NCBI GenBank assembly: GCA_044892525.1
Contig: CM097886.1
Span: 187,352,312-187,416,311, forward strand
Direction of reading: 5' to 3'
Length of the DNA stretch: 64,000 bases
From: Schmidtea polychroa
Taxonomy: Eukaryota
Within the stretch, counting starts at the first letter, position 1, and each line of letters opens with the position of its first letter. This document shows, one piece after another, positions 50,978 to 64,000 of this stretch. The notes below the pieces were generated by a model. That model was not told where the DNA came from. It saw only the letters and a list, made by a program, of their open reading frames with translations, and ran no database searches. The position numbers and the translations under genes are program-made.

Positions 50978-50980
<3 letters not shown>
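47284..50980 (+). mobile_element. Near-complete hAT transposon (ZMYM1-like/Tip100-type); left TIR falls in the N gap
   Basis: Sub-terminal TCGTAGGCCCTAGGCA at both ends; right end ...GGATAATGCGCGCCTG at 50980; large transposase inside. Confidence 0.9.
48200..50767 (+). pseudogene. hAT transposase, 855 codons, with a single in-frame TAA at 49595-49597
   Basis: TTF-type zinc finger (CYICKLF...HEKSKDH), DSTPD, SYDNASNM, CAAHSLNL, TRW, ERSFSKL.R.K..LRSTM.QERLS.L. ORFs 48200..49597 and 49628..50767 are in the same frame. Confidence 0.92.

Positions 50981-51037
<57 letters not shown>
50981..51037. repeat. (TA)n microsatellite
   Basis: Direct repetition at the hAT right flank. Confidence 0.95.
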
Positions 51038-51045
<8 letters not shown>

Positions 51046-51941
51046 GTGTTTTTCGTTAGATTTAAATCGATGCCATTATTTAGCGATTGTTTCCTACGGA
51101 TGTTATTTTATTTTTATTTTCAATAAATTCAATAATACTTGAATTATTCTGACTAAATCTTTCCAGTTGTTTTTTAATGATTTTATTTCTGCTTATTGAA
51201 AAGGGAATTTTACGTTTAATTAAAAATTTGTTTTTCATATTATTATTAATTTATTTAAAATATTTTTCCCTTGTATAGATAAAAATTATATTGAAATCAT
51301 TTATTTATACCGATTAAAAGAGTAATGAAAAATAAAATACTCAAGCTATCAAATATATACACCCGATACCATAAAAATATACATAACTGATCATACGTAA
51401 TTGTCAAACAATTAAGGAATAAAATGATCGTAATTAATTGTCAAAATAAAATTATACATAAATAATATCCACATAGATGATAAAGAATATATAAAATATG
51501 CATAAATTGCGAAATAGTTCAAGGATAGTCAATTTTCATGTTTTCAGATTGTTTTGAATTGACTTGGATTGATTGAATTGTTTTTGAATTGAATTGAGTT
51601 GCATGGTCTCATCTCGATCTATCGCCTTTCTTCGGCACATATATTGACCCTATATTTCCTGAGCCCCGTCTTATAGTATTTGTTGAGGGTGAATGTGGTG
51701 ATGGGCCTATCTTCATCATTCAACATTATGTTTATGTATGCATATTATTGAATATATTGATGAAATAAATATTTCAATAAATAAATTGATAAAATTATTT
51801 TCATGTATTATTCCTGCATAAAATAACCTTCTCGAACCTTTGTTCTCTTTTTATTTCTTTACACTATTGGCCCTTTCCCTGAACAGACCTTCGCATCTCT
51901 CCTTCCGTTTATTCTAAATATAATTAAATATAATCAACACA

Positions 51942-52000
51942 CATGAACGAGGAATTCCTAGTAAGCGCAAGTCACTAGCTTTCTCTGATTACGTACCTGC
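51942..52000 (+). pseudogene. Isolated ~60-bp fragment of 18S rRNA (3' region)
   Basis: CATGAACGAGGAATTCCTAGTAAGCGCAAGTCA..AGCTT....TGATTACGT.CCTGC closely matches the conserved eukaryotic SSU segment preceding CCTTTGTACACACCGCCC; no flanking rDNA. Confidence 0.85.
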
Positions 52001-52459
52001 AATTTCTGCTATTAATCCGAAGTGGTTGTCCTAGCGTTTTTCTGTTTAATTTCTAATACCTATTGATTTGCACCACTGATTTTTGCTTATCAACAATTTA
52101 AGTTTTGTTTCTCCCTTAAATATAACCTATTTATATTATTTTTTAATACAGCTATCTAAAAATTACTATTTATAAATGTTTAATATATATTTATATTTAT
52201 ATTCTAAATATAGTAATATTCAATTTCTAATAATAATTTATCCGATTATACCGATTTTTTTTCATTTGTATTAAATATATTATTCGCAGCAAAAGGCTTA
52301 AATCATCATTTAATTGTTTATAATAATTATTATAATTTATTTTTCATTTGAAATGTAAATTGTGTTGATCTGACATTAGATAACTAAGTTGGGGGGGGGG
52401 GCAATGTTAATAGGGAAAATTTGGGGAATTGTAAAAGAGAATGATTTGATATTCAAGGA

Positions 52460-52539
52460 AAGTGATGGTGAAAATATTGGTCCTCAAAAGGTCCAGCTGA
52501 GCTTACACCATTTGAGGACCAATATTTTCACCATCACTT
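52460..52539. repeat. Perfect 29-bp inverted repeat with a 22-nt spacer
   Basis: AAGTGATGGTGAAAATATTGGTCCTCAAA (52460-52488) is the exact reverse complement of 52511-52539. Confidence 0.95.
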
Positions 52540-53474
52540 AATCAATTAAATAACAATTAAATAATAATTAAATAATCAAGTAAATAACAAGAATTACTCA
52601 AACAATCAAAATGTTAATTTATATGCAATAAATTATTGCGGCCATATTTGTGTAATAAATTTGACAAAGTTATTCAATTTTTAGTTCTACTCAATGTTTT
52701 ATTTCTTGTAGAATTTAGATATTTCATTTCTCCATTTAGCCTATCAAAACTGTTAGGATTAAGCCAACAGAGATTGAAGGAAAACTTTTGAACCGAAGAA
52801 CTATTGAGGAACTTTTGAACCCCAACCAACAGAGATTGGATTCGTGATAGATTGTTTACTGGACTCAACGTAATTTTCGTGACCAGAGAGAAATCCATAG
52901 TTTTGTTAAACTTCTCAAAGTGAGAATCTAGTTATCAATTCGATAATTGGAACAGTTATTGTACAAGAGTGGAAAAAGATATTTTTGATCCTACCGGCAT
53001 TAGATTTGATTAGAAGTGTAAATCTTTACAGAATTTCAGACAACAGAAAACGATTAGAAATTGATCTGGGGGAATTAAGACAACAGTTCTATTAGTGTAA
53101 ATGCTTTGTGGAGGTTTGTTTACATATTTAATATTTGATAGGGTAAATTATTAGGAAACTTTGTAACCGATTCCTAATAGCAAGCGATAGCGTAAATTTT
53201 GGGAATCCCTCGTTTTACTTGTCACTTTTGAGCGAAGCTGTAGATTAATTACAAACCAGCTCTCGCCATCTTATAAATATCTTAAGACGATTAGACATTT
53301 TAACCGATGTCTTTGCTTCAGAATTTATTTGTGGCATTTATAGCTATTTGTGCTTGCGAGTATTTTATTATAAATTCTATAAACCATTCTAGTCTAATAT
53401 ATAATTACGCTCATCACTGATTCACTGACTGATTCTATAACGCTCGCTGATTCGTTGATTTAATTGTAAATATT

Positions 53475-53830
53475 TTATGTTACTTATTATTATAAGTAGT
53501 TAATAATAGCTCATTATCAATAATATTTCATTTGTCTATTCTGTTTGGATATATTATAGAATATTTTATACTACTTATTATTATAAGTAGCTAAAAGTAC
53601 CTCAATATTTATAATAATATAATTCCTTTAGATCTATATATTGTGGAATATTTTATACTACTTACTATTATAAGTAAGTAATAGTAATTCAATTCTAATA
53701 TAATAATTCCTTTTTATGCATGTCCATCTGATGGAATATATTATAGAATATTTTATACTACTCATTATTATAAGTAGCTAACAGTCGCTCAATTCTAATA
53801 TATAATTATTATTTATTATTATTATATTAT
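53475..53830. repeat. Degenerate ~95-bp tandem repeat (GAATATTTTATACTACTTATTATTATAAGTAG core)
   Basis: Three to four copies. Confidence 0.75.
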
Positions 53831-53866
53831 TATCAAACTGTTCATTTATTTTATGATTTGTCAACG

Positions 53867-53895
53867 GGCGCCTTAGGCGCCTTGCAATTAACTAG
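53867..53895 (+). mobile_element. Helitron 3' terminus (hairpin + CTAG|T)
   Basis: GGCGCC-TTA-GGCGCC hairpin, 10-nt spacer, CTAG at 53892-53895 followed by T. 5' end not located. Confidence 0.65.
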
Positions 53896-55544
53896 TTTAA
53901 ATATATTTTATTATCGAAAGCGAGTTATTTTATTTACTTAAACACGCATTATCTTTTGAAGGCAGGTAGGCGAACGTTTGATCGTTATCTAGCCAACGAA
54001 TCTAACAAAACTCTTTCGGTAGGAATGAAGGGTCTTATCTCAACCAATAACTCTTTAATAGGACAATCGTTCAAAAAGCTTTCTTTCTAGACCACCTTTC
54101 AAAACTTTCAATATCAACAATCCCTTTTTTTTTTTTTTTACTTTTGCCATTTTGGCCAAATTAGATCGACCTGTCCAGAAGGGTCATCACTTTTATACCA
54201 CTACATTTCCGTGTATCATGATTTTATGATATTGCATTAATGATTAGATACAATTTTACTTTCAAAGTGATTTGATAAAAAAAATCCTCGCGGAGATACA
54301 AAATGGGACACAAGCTTCATAGTCACATAAATACAACATTATATATGGTTATCAAACCCTCAAGGAAGTCAATTATTCAAGATAATGTTATTGAATAGGA
54401 TCATCTCCATGGAACATTGTACTTGTTGTGACAGGAGTCTTGCAAAACTTTGATCGTACTCTCACATCATTGGTTGCTTCAGGCAATGTTGATTGGAGAT
54501 TCATATGTTTTCTAGTTGTTTTGCAAGCATGGCTAGTCATTCAAAGCTGCAGATAGTTCATCAAAATCTTCAGCGTGGAACAATTGACTACTTAACCAAT
54601 GTTCCGACCATAAGAATGAAATGAATGAACAGGTTTCAATAGCCGTCTGTATATAGAATATAAAAAGAAGATGAAGCTAACCACAAAGATCAATATGAAA
54701 AGTTAACAGATAAAAACAGACATGAAAAGCTGGAATCACTAAAAATACTCTTGGGATAGAAAAGGTTTTTTAAAACGTGATAACGAAATTGAGAATGTAA
54801 TGAAAGCTAATTATTTAATAACAAATAAAATTGCATAAATTTCCAAAGCATTTAGCTAGAGAGAATTTATGAAATGTTTAATTCAAGATTTATCATTGTT
54901 GGGTGTTTATTACAAGTCGGCATCAGTTTCTGACTCATCGGTGTCATTATCCAAATCAATAGAACAACCAAACGCAATAACGCTTTTAATCTTTTGCGCT
55001 GGGATAAGTCTTCCAATTGGAGATTTCCCTTCTGGTAGGCTATGCATCGATTGGATATGGACTAGCTCTAAGATAGTATTTCATTTATTATTTAATATTT
55101 CCCTTTAAACTTCTTTAGAATTATCTTCGACAAACTGGCGATTTTACTGACTTGCCTCCTCTTTTTACATTGTTCCCTTAATTGAATTCTGTGTAGTGTA
55201 ATGGTAGGGCGATCCTTTAGGTCATCCATTTGCTTACATCTCGTAGGGGTTTCTTTATTATTGTCAATTCAGAGATCTCAGAGCTTTCACATAATTCATT
55301 TACCTGGGAGTAATTTTATTAATTTTTAATCTCGGGTTTAGATAATGAAGTTATGGGCGTCACAGTTGCAAGAATAAAGTCTAGAGTATTTTCGGTGTTT
55401 TATAAATGGGTTGGTATGATAAGAAGTGAGAGTTTCCAAATCTTTTGTTTATTCTTTTTGTTGAATTTCTTAAACGTTTTTCATTTGTATGATTTTCCTT
55501 TTTTTGATGATCCATTCATGTTTGATTTTAATAAATCCTCCGCT

Positions 55545-58500
55545 ATATTTATCAACCATATTTATCAACCATATTTATCAACCATATTTATCCACAATAT
55601 TTATCCACAATATTTATCCACAATATTTATCCACAATATTTATCAACAATATTTATCCACAATATTTATCCACAATATTTATCAACCATATTTATCAACA
55701 ATATTTATCCACAATATTTATCAACCATATTTATCAACAATATTTATCAACAATATTTATCCACAATATTTATCAACAACATTTATCAACAACATTTATC
55801 AACCATATTTATCCACAATATTTATCCACAATATTTATCAACCATATTTATCAACAATATTTATCCACAATATTTATCAACAATATTTATCAACAATATT
55901 TATCCACAATATTTATCAACCATATTTATCAACAATATTTATCCACAATATTTATCAACCATATTTATCAACAATATTTATCAACAATATTTATCCACAA
56001 TATTTATCAACAACATTTATCAACAACATTTATCAACCATATTTATCCACAATATTTATCCACAATATTTATCAACCATATTTATCAACAATATTTATCC
56101 ACAATATTTATCAACCATATTTATCAACAATATTTATCAACAATATTTATCCACAATATTTATCAACAACATTTATCAACAACATTTATCAACCATATTT
56201 ATCCACAATATTTATCCACAATATTTATCAACAATATTTATCAACAATATTTATCCACAATATTTATCAACCATATTTATCAACAATATTTATCCACAAT
56301 ATTTATCAACCATATTTATCCACAATATTTATCCACAATATTTATCCACAATATTTATCCACAATATTTATCAACCATATTTATCCACAATATTTATCCA
56401 CAATATTTATCCACAATATTTATCAACAACATTTATCCACAATATTTATCCACAATATTTATCCACAACATTTATCCACAATATTTATCCACAATATTTA
56501 TCAACCATATTTATCCACAATATTTATCCACAATATTTATCAACAATATTTATCCACAATATTTATCCACAATATTTATCAACAACATTTATCAACAATA
56601 TTTATCCACAATATTTATCCACAATATTTATCAACAACATTTATCCTCAATATTTATCAACCATATTTATCAACCATATTTATCCACAATATTTATCCAC
56701 AATATTTATCAACCATATTTATCCACAATATTTATCCACAATATTTATCCACAATATTTATCAACCATATTTATCCACAATATTTATCCACAATATTTAT
56801 CAACAACATTTATCCACAATATTTATCAACAACATTTATCAACAATATTTATCCACAATATTTATCAACAATATTTATCCACAATATTTATCAACAACAT
56901 TTATCCACAATATTTATCCACAATATTTATCAACAACATTTATCCACAATATTTATCCACAATATTTATCCACAATATTTATCCACAATATTTATCCACA
57001 ATATTTATCAACAATATTTATCCACAATATTTATCCACAATATTTATCAACAATATTTATCAACAATATTTATCAACAATATTTATCCACAATATTTATC
57101 CACAATATTTATCCACAATATTTATCCACAATATTTATCCACAATATTTATCCACAATATTTATCCACAATATTTATCCACAATATTTATCCACAATATT
57201 TATCAACAATATTTATCCACAATATTTATCCACAATATTTATCAACAATATTTATCAACAATATTTATCAACAATATTTATCAACAACATTTATCAACAA
57301 TATTTATCCACAATATTTATCCACAATATTTATCCACAATATTTATCCACAATATTTATCCACAATATTTATCAACAATATTTATCAACAATATTTATCA
57401 ACAATATTTATCAACAATATTTATCAACAACATTTATCCACAATATTTATCCACAATATTTATCCACAATATTTATCAACAATATTTATCAACAATATTT
57501 ATCAACAATATTTATCAACAATATTTATCCACAATATTTATCCACAATATTTATCAACAATATTTATCCACAATATTTATCAACAATATTTATCAACAAT
57601 ATTTATCAACAACATTTATCCACAACATTTATCAACAATATTTATCCACAATATTTATCAACAACATTTATCCACAATATTTATCCACAATATTTATCAA
57701 CAATATTTATCCACAATATTTATCAACAATATTTATCAACAATATTTATCAACAATATTTATCCACAATATTTATCCACAATATTTATCCACAATATTTA
57801 TCCACAATATTTATCAACAATATTTATCAACAACATTTATCCACAACATTTATCAACAACATTTATCCACAATATTTATCCACAATATTTATCCACAATA
57901 TTTATCCACAATATTTATCAACAATATTTATCAACAATATTTATCAACAATATTTATCAACCATATTTATCCACAATATTTATCCACAATATTTATCCAC
58001 AATATTTATCCACAATATTTATCAACAATATTTATCAACAATATTTATCAACAATATTTATCAACAACATTTATCAACAACATTTATCCACAATATTTAT
58101 CCACAATATTTATCCACAATATTTATCAACAATATTTATCAACAACATTTATCCACAATATTTATCCACAATATTTATCCACAATATTTATCAACAATAT
58201 TTATCAACAATATTTATCAACAATATTTATCCACAATATTTATCAACAATATTTATCAACAACATTTATCCACAATATTTATCCACAATATTTATCCACA
58301 ATATTTATCAACAATATTTATCAACAACATTTATCCACAATATTTATCCACAACATTTATCCACAATATTTATCCACAATATTTATCCACAATATTTATC
58401 AACAATATTTATCAACAATATTTATCAACAACATTTATCAACAACATTTATCCACAATATTTATCCACAATATTTATCCACAATATTTATCAACAATATT

Positions 58501-61500
58501 TATCAACAACATTTATCCACAATATTTATCCACAATATTTATCCACAATATTTATCAACAATATTTATCAACAATATTTATCAACAATATTTATCAACAA
58601 TATTTATCAACAACATTTATCCACAACATTTATCCACTATATTTATCAACAATATTTATCCACAATATTTATCCACAATATTTATCCACAATATTTATCC
58701 ACAATATTTATCAACAATATTTATCAACAACATTTATCCACAACATTTATCAACAACATTTATCCACAATATTTATCCACAATATTTATCCACAATATTT
58801 ATCAACAATATTTATCAACAACATTTATCCACAATATTTATCCACAATATTTATCAACCATATTTATCCACAATATTTATCCACAATATTTATCAACAAT
58901 ATTTATCCACAATATTTATCCACAATATTTATCAACAACATTTATCAACAATATTTATCCACAATATTTATCCACAATATTTATCAACAACATTTATCCT
59001 CAATATTTATCAACCATATTTATCAACCATATTTATCCACAATATTTATCCACAATATTTATCAACCATATTTATCCACAATATTTATCCACAATATTTA
59101 TCCACAATATTTATCAACCATATTTATCCACAATATTTATCCACAATATTTATCAACAACATTTATCCACAATATTTATCAACAACATTTATCAACAATA
59201 TTTATCCACAATATTTATCAACAATATTTATCCACAATATTTATCAACAACATTTATCCACAATATTTATCCACAATATTTATCAACAACATTTATCCAC
59301 AATATTTATCCACAATATTTATCCACAATATTTATCCACAATATTTATCCACAATATTTATCAACAATATTTATCCACAATATTTATCCACAATATTTAT
59401 CAACAATATTTATCAACAATATTTATCAACAATATTTATCCACAATATTTATCCACAATATTTATCCACAATATTTATCCACAATATTTATCCACAATAT
59501 TTATCCACAATATTTATCCACAATATTTATCCACAATATTTATCCACAATATTTATCAACAATATTTATCCACAATATTTATCCACAATATTTATCAACA
59601 ATATTTATCAACAATATTTATCAACAATATTTATCAACAACATTTATCAACAATATTTATCCACAATATTTATCCACAATATTTATCCACAATATTTATC
59701 CACAATATTTATCCACAATATTTATCAACAATATTTATCAACAATATTTATCAACAATATTTATCAACAATATTTATCAACAACATTTATCCACAATATT
59801 TATCCACAATATTTATCCACAATATTTATCAACAATATTTATCAACAATATTTATCAACAATATTTATCAACAATATTTATCCACAATATTTATCCACAA
59901 TATTTATCAACAATATTTATCCACAATATTTATCAACAATATTTATCAACAATATTTATCAACAACATTTATCCACAACATTTATCAACAATATTTATCC
60001 ACAATATTTATCAACAACATTTATCCACAATATTTATCCACAATATTTATCAACAATATTTATCCACAATATTTATCAACAATATTTATCAACAATATTT
60101 ATCAACAATATTTATCCACAATATTTATCCACAATATTTATCCACAATATTTATCCACAATATTTATCAACAATATTTATCAACAACATTTATCCACAAC
60201 ATTTATCAACAACATTTATCCACAATATTTATCCACAATATTTATCCACAATATTTATCCACAATATTTATCAACAATATTTATCAACAATATTTATCAA
60301 CAATATTTATCAACCATATTTATCCACAATATTTATCCACAATATTTATCCACAATATTTATCCACAATATTTATCAACAATATTTATCAACAATATTTA
60401 TCAACAATATTTATCCACAATATTTATCCACAATATTTATAAACAATATTTATCAACAACATTTATCAACAACATTTATCCACAATATTTATCCACAATA
60501 TTTATAAACAATATTTATCAACAATATTTATCAACAACATTTATCCACAATATTTATCCACAATATTTATCCACAATATTTATCAACAATATTTATCAAC
60601 AATATTTATCAACAATATTTATCCACAATATTTATCAACAATATTTATCAACAACATTTATCCACAATATTTATCCACAATATTTATCCACAATATTTAT
60701 CAACAATATTTATCAACAACATTTATCCACAATATTTATCCACAACATTTATCCACAATATTTATCCACAATATTTATCCACAATATTTATCAACAATAT
60801 TTATCAACAATATTTATCAACAACATTTATCAACAACATTTATCCACAATATTTATCCACAATATTTATCCACAATATTTATCAACAATATTTATCAACA
60901 ACATTTATCCACAATATTTATCCACAATATTTATCCACAATATTTATCAACAATATTTATCAACAATATTTATCAACAATATTTATCAACAATATTTATC
61001 AACAACATTTATCCACAACATTTATCCACTATATTTATCAACAATATTTATCCACAATATTTATCCACAATATTTATCCACAATATTTATCCACAATATT
61101 TATCAACAATATTTATCAACAACATTTATCCACAACATTTATCAACAACATTTATCCACAATATTTATCCACAATATTTATCCACAATATTTATCAACAA
61201 TATTTATCAACAATATTTATCAACCATATTTATCCACAATATTTATCCACAATATTTATCCACAATATTTATCCACAATATTTATCAACAATATTTATCA
61301 ACAATATTTATCAACAATATTTATCAACAACATTTATCAACAATATTTATCCACAATATTTATCCACAATATTTATCCACAATATTTATCAACAATATTT
61401 ATCAACAACATTTATCCACAATATTTATCCACAATATTTATCCACAATATTTATCAACAATATTTATCCACAATATTTATCCACAATATTTATCCACAAT

Positions 61501-64000
61501 ATTTATCCACAATATTTATCAACAATATTTATCCACAATATTTATCCACAATATTTATCCACAACATTTATCCACAATATTTATCCACAATATTTATCCA
61601 CAATATTTATCAACAATATTTATCAACAATATTTATCAACAACATTTATCAACAACATTTATCCACAATATTTATCCACAATATTTATCCACAATATTTA
61701 TCAACAATATTTATCAACAACATTTATCCACAATATTTATCCACAATATTTATCCACAATATTTATCCACAATATTTATCAACAATATTTATCAACAATA
61801 TTTATCAACAATATTTATCAACAATATTTATCCACAATATTTATCCACAATATTTATCCACAATATTTATCCACAATATTTATCCACAATATTTATCCAC
61901 AATATTTATCCACAATATTTATCAACCATATTTATCCACAATATTTATCCACAATATTTATCAACCATATTTATCAACAATATTTATCAACAATATTTAT
62001 CAACAATATTTATCAACAACATTTATCAACAACATTTATCCACAATATTTATCCACAATATTTATCCACAATATTTATCCACAATATTTATCAACAATAT
62101 TTATCCACAACATTTATCCACAATATTTATCCACAATATTTATCCACAATATTTATCAACAATATTTATCCACAATATTTATCCACAACATTTATCAACA
62201 ACATTTATCCACAATATTTATCCACAATATTTATCCACAATATTTATCAACAATATTTATCCACAATATTTATCCACAATATTTATCAACAATATTTATC
62301 CACAACATTTATCCACAATATTTATCCACAATATTTATCCACAATATTTATCAACAATATTTATCCACAACATTTATCAACAATATTTATCAACAATATT
62401 TATCAACATTATTTATCAACAATATTTATCCACAATATTTATCCACAATATTTATCCACAATATTTATCCACAATATTTATCCACAATATTTATCCACAA
62501 TATTTATCCACAACATTTATCCACAATATTTATCAACAACATTTATCAACAACATTTATCCACAATATTTATCCACAATATTTATCCACAATATTTATCC
62601 ACAACATTTATCAACAACATTTATCCACAATATTTATCCACAATATTTATCCACAATATTTATCAACAATATTTATCCACAATATTTATCCACAATATTT
62701 ATCAACAATATTTATCCACAACATTTATCCACAATATTTATCCACAATATTTATCCACAATATTTATCAACTATATTTATCAACAATATTTATCCACAAT
62801 ATTTATCCACAATATTTATCCACAATATTTATCCACAATATTTATCCACAATATTTATCCACAATATTTATCCACAATATTTATCCACAATATTTATCAA
62901 CAATATTTATCCACAATATTTATCCACAATATTTATCCACAATATTTATCAACAATATTTATCAACAATATTTATCCACAATATTTATCCACAATATTTA
63001 TCCACAATATTTATCAACAATATTTATCCACAATATTTATCCACAATATTTATCCACAATATTTATCAACAATATTTATCCACAATATTTATCCACAATA
63101 TTTATCAACAATATTTATCCACAATATTTATCAACAATATTTATCCACAATATTTATCCACAATATTTATCCACAATATTTATCCACAATATTTATCCAC
63201 AATATTTATCCACAATATTTATCCACAATATTTATCAACAATATTTATCCACAATATTTTATCAACAATATTTATCAACAACATTTATCCACAATATTTA
63301 TCCACAATATTTATCCACAATATTTATCCACAATATTTATCAACAACATTTATCCACAATATTTATCCACAATATTTATCCACAATATTTATCCACAATA
63401 TTTATCCACAATATTTATCCACAATATTTATCCACAATATTTATCCACAATATTTATCCACAATATTTATCAACAATATTTATCCACAATATTTATCAAC
63501 AATATTTATCAACAATATTTATCAACAATATTTATCCACAATATTTATCCACAATATTTATCCACAATATTTATCCACAATATTTATCCACAATATTTAT
63601 CCACAATATTTATCCACAATATTTATCAACAATATTTATCACAATATTTATCAACAATATTTATCCACAATATTTATCCACAATATTTATCCACAATATT
63701 TATCAACAATATTTATCCACAATATTTATCCACAATATTTATCCACAATATTTATCCACAATATTTATCCACAATATTTATCCACAATATTTATCCACAA
63801 TATTTATCAACAATATTTATCCACAATATTTATCCACAATATTTATCAACAATATTTATCCACAATATTTATCCACAATATTTATCAACAATATTTATCA
63901 ACAATATTTATCCACAATATTTATCCACAATATTTATCAACAATATTTATCCACAATATTTATCCACAATATTTATCCACAATATTTATCCACAATATTT
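55545..64000. repeat. 13-bp satellite A(T/C)ATTTATC(C/A)AC(A/C), more than 600 units, running off the window
   Basis: Direct repetition; higher-order duplication of ~181-184 units. Confidence 0.98.

Noticed and set aside
52700-53400. Protein-like frame readable if stop codons were reassigned
   Set aside because: All three stops occur at about the density expected for AT-rich non-coding DNA, and the host genes use the standard code.
55489-60507. 1672-aa ORF
   Set aside because: The 13-bp monomer has no stop codon in any plus-strand frame; the translation is a 13-aa periodic artefact.
55545-64000. 13-mer array as a telomere or bacterial origin
   Set aside because: The C-rich strand is the plus strand running toward the right edge, the wrong polarity for a right-end telomere. 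There are no bacterial genes, and the context has spliceosomal introns.

Overview
AT-rich, repeat-dense eukaryotic DNA, almost certainly a metazoan invertebrate with fast-evolving proteins. It is a draft assembly with five N gaps (3224-3460, 6857-7122, 7404-7564, 42008-42431, 47118-47283). Two real host genes are transcribed divergently from an AT-rich spacer. One is a MAGUK p55 PALS1/MPP5/Stardust gene on the minus strand, with seven coding exons reconstructed by hand between 11831 and 1156; its SH3/GuK part lies off the left edge. The other is a two-exon divergent GSK3-like kinase on the plus strand (15190-17239). The rest is mostly transposon debris: pogo/Tigger, several hAT families (one nearly intact), mariner, Helitron-like ends and an R2-like ZnF-Myb remnant. 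Tandem satellites of 48, 10, ~30, 28, 32 and 13 bp are also present, and the last 8.5 kb is a single 13-bp array. The most unusual items are (1) a family of ~4.1-4.2 kb TG...CA elements with 4-bp TSDs, no LTR pair and no recognisable transposase, encoding an unknown CxxC/coiled-coil/basic protein, and (2) a stop-free ORF fusing internal fragments of SNF8 and proteasome alpha-6 next to a TGS1 fragment. All family assignments come from remembered motifs, and no database search was run. Most long ORFs in the supplied track are artefacts of repeats or gaps.
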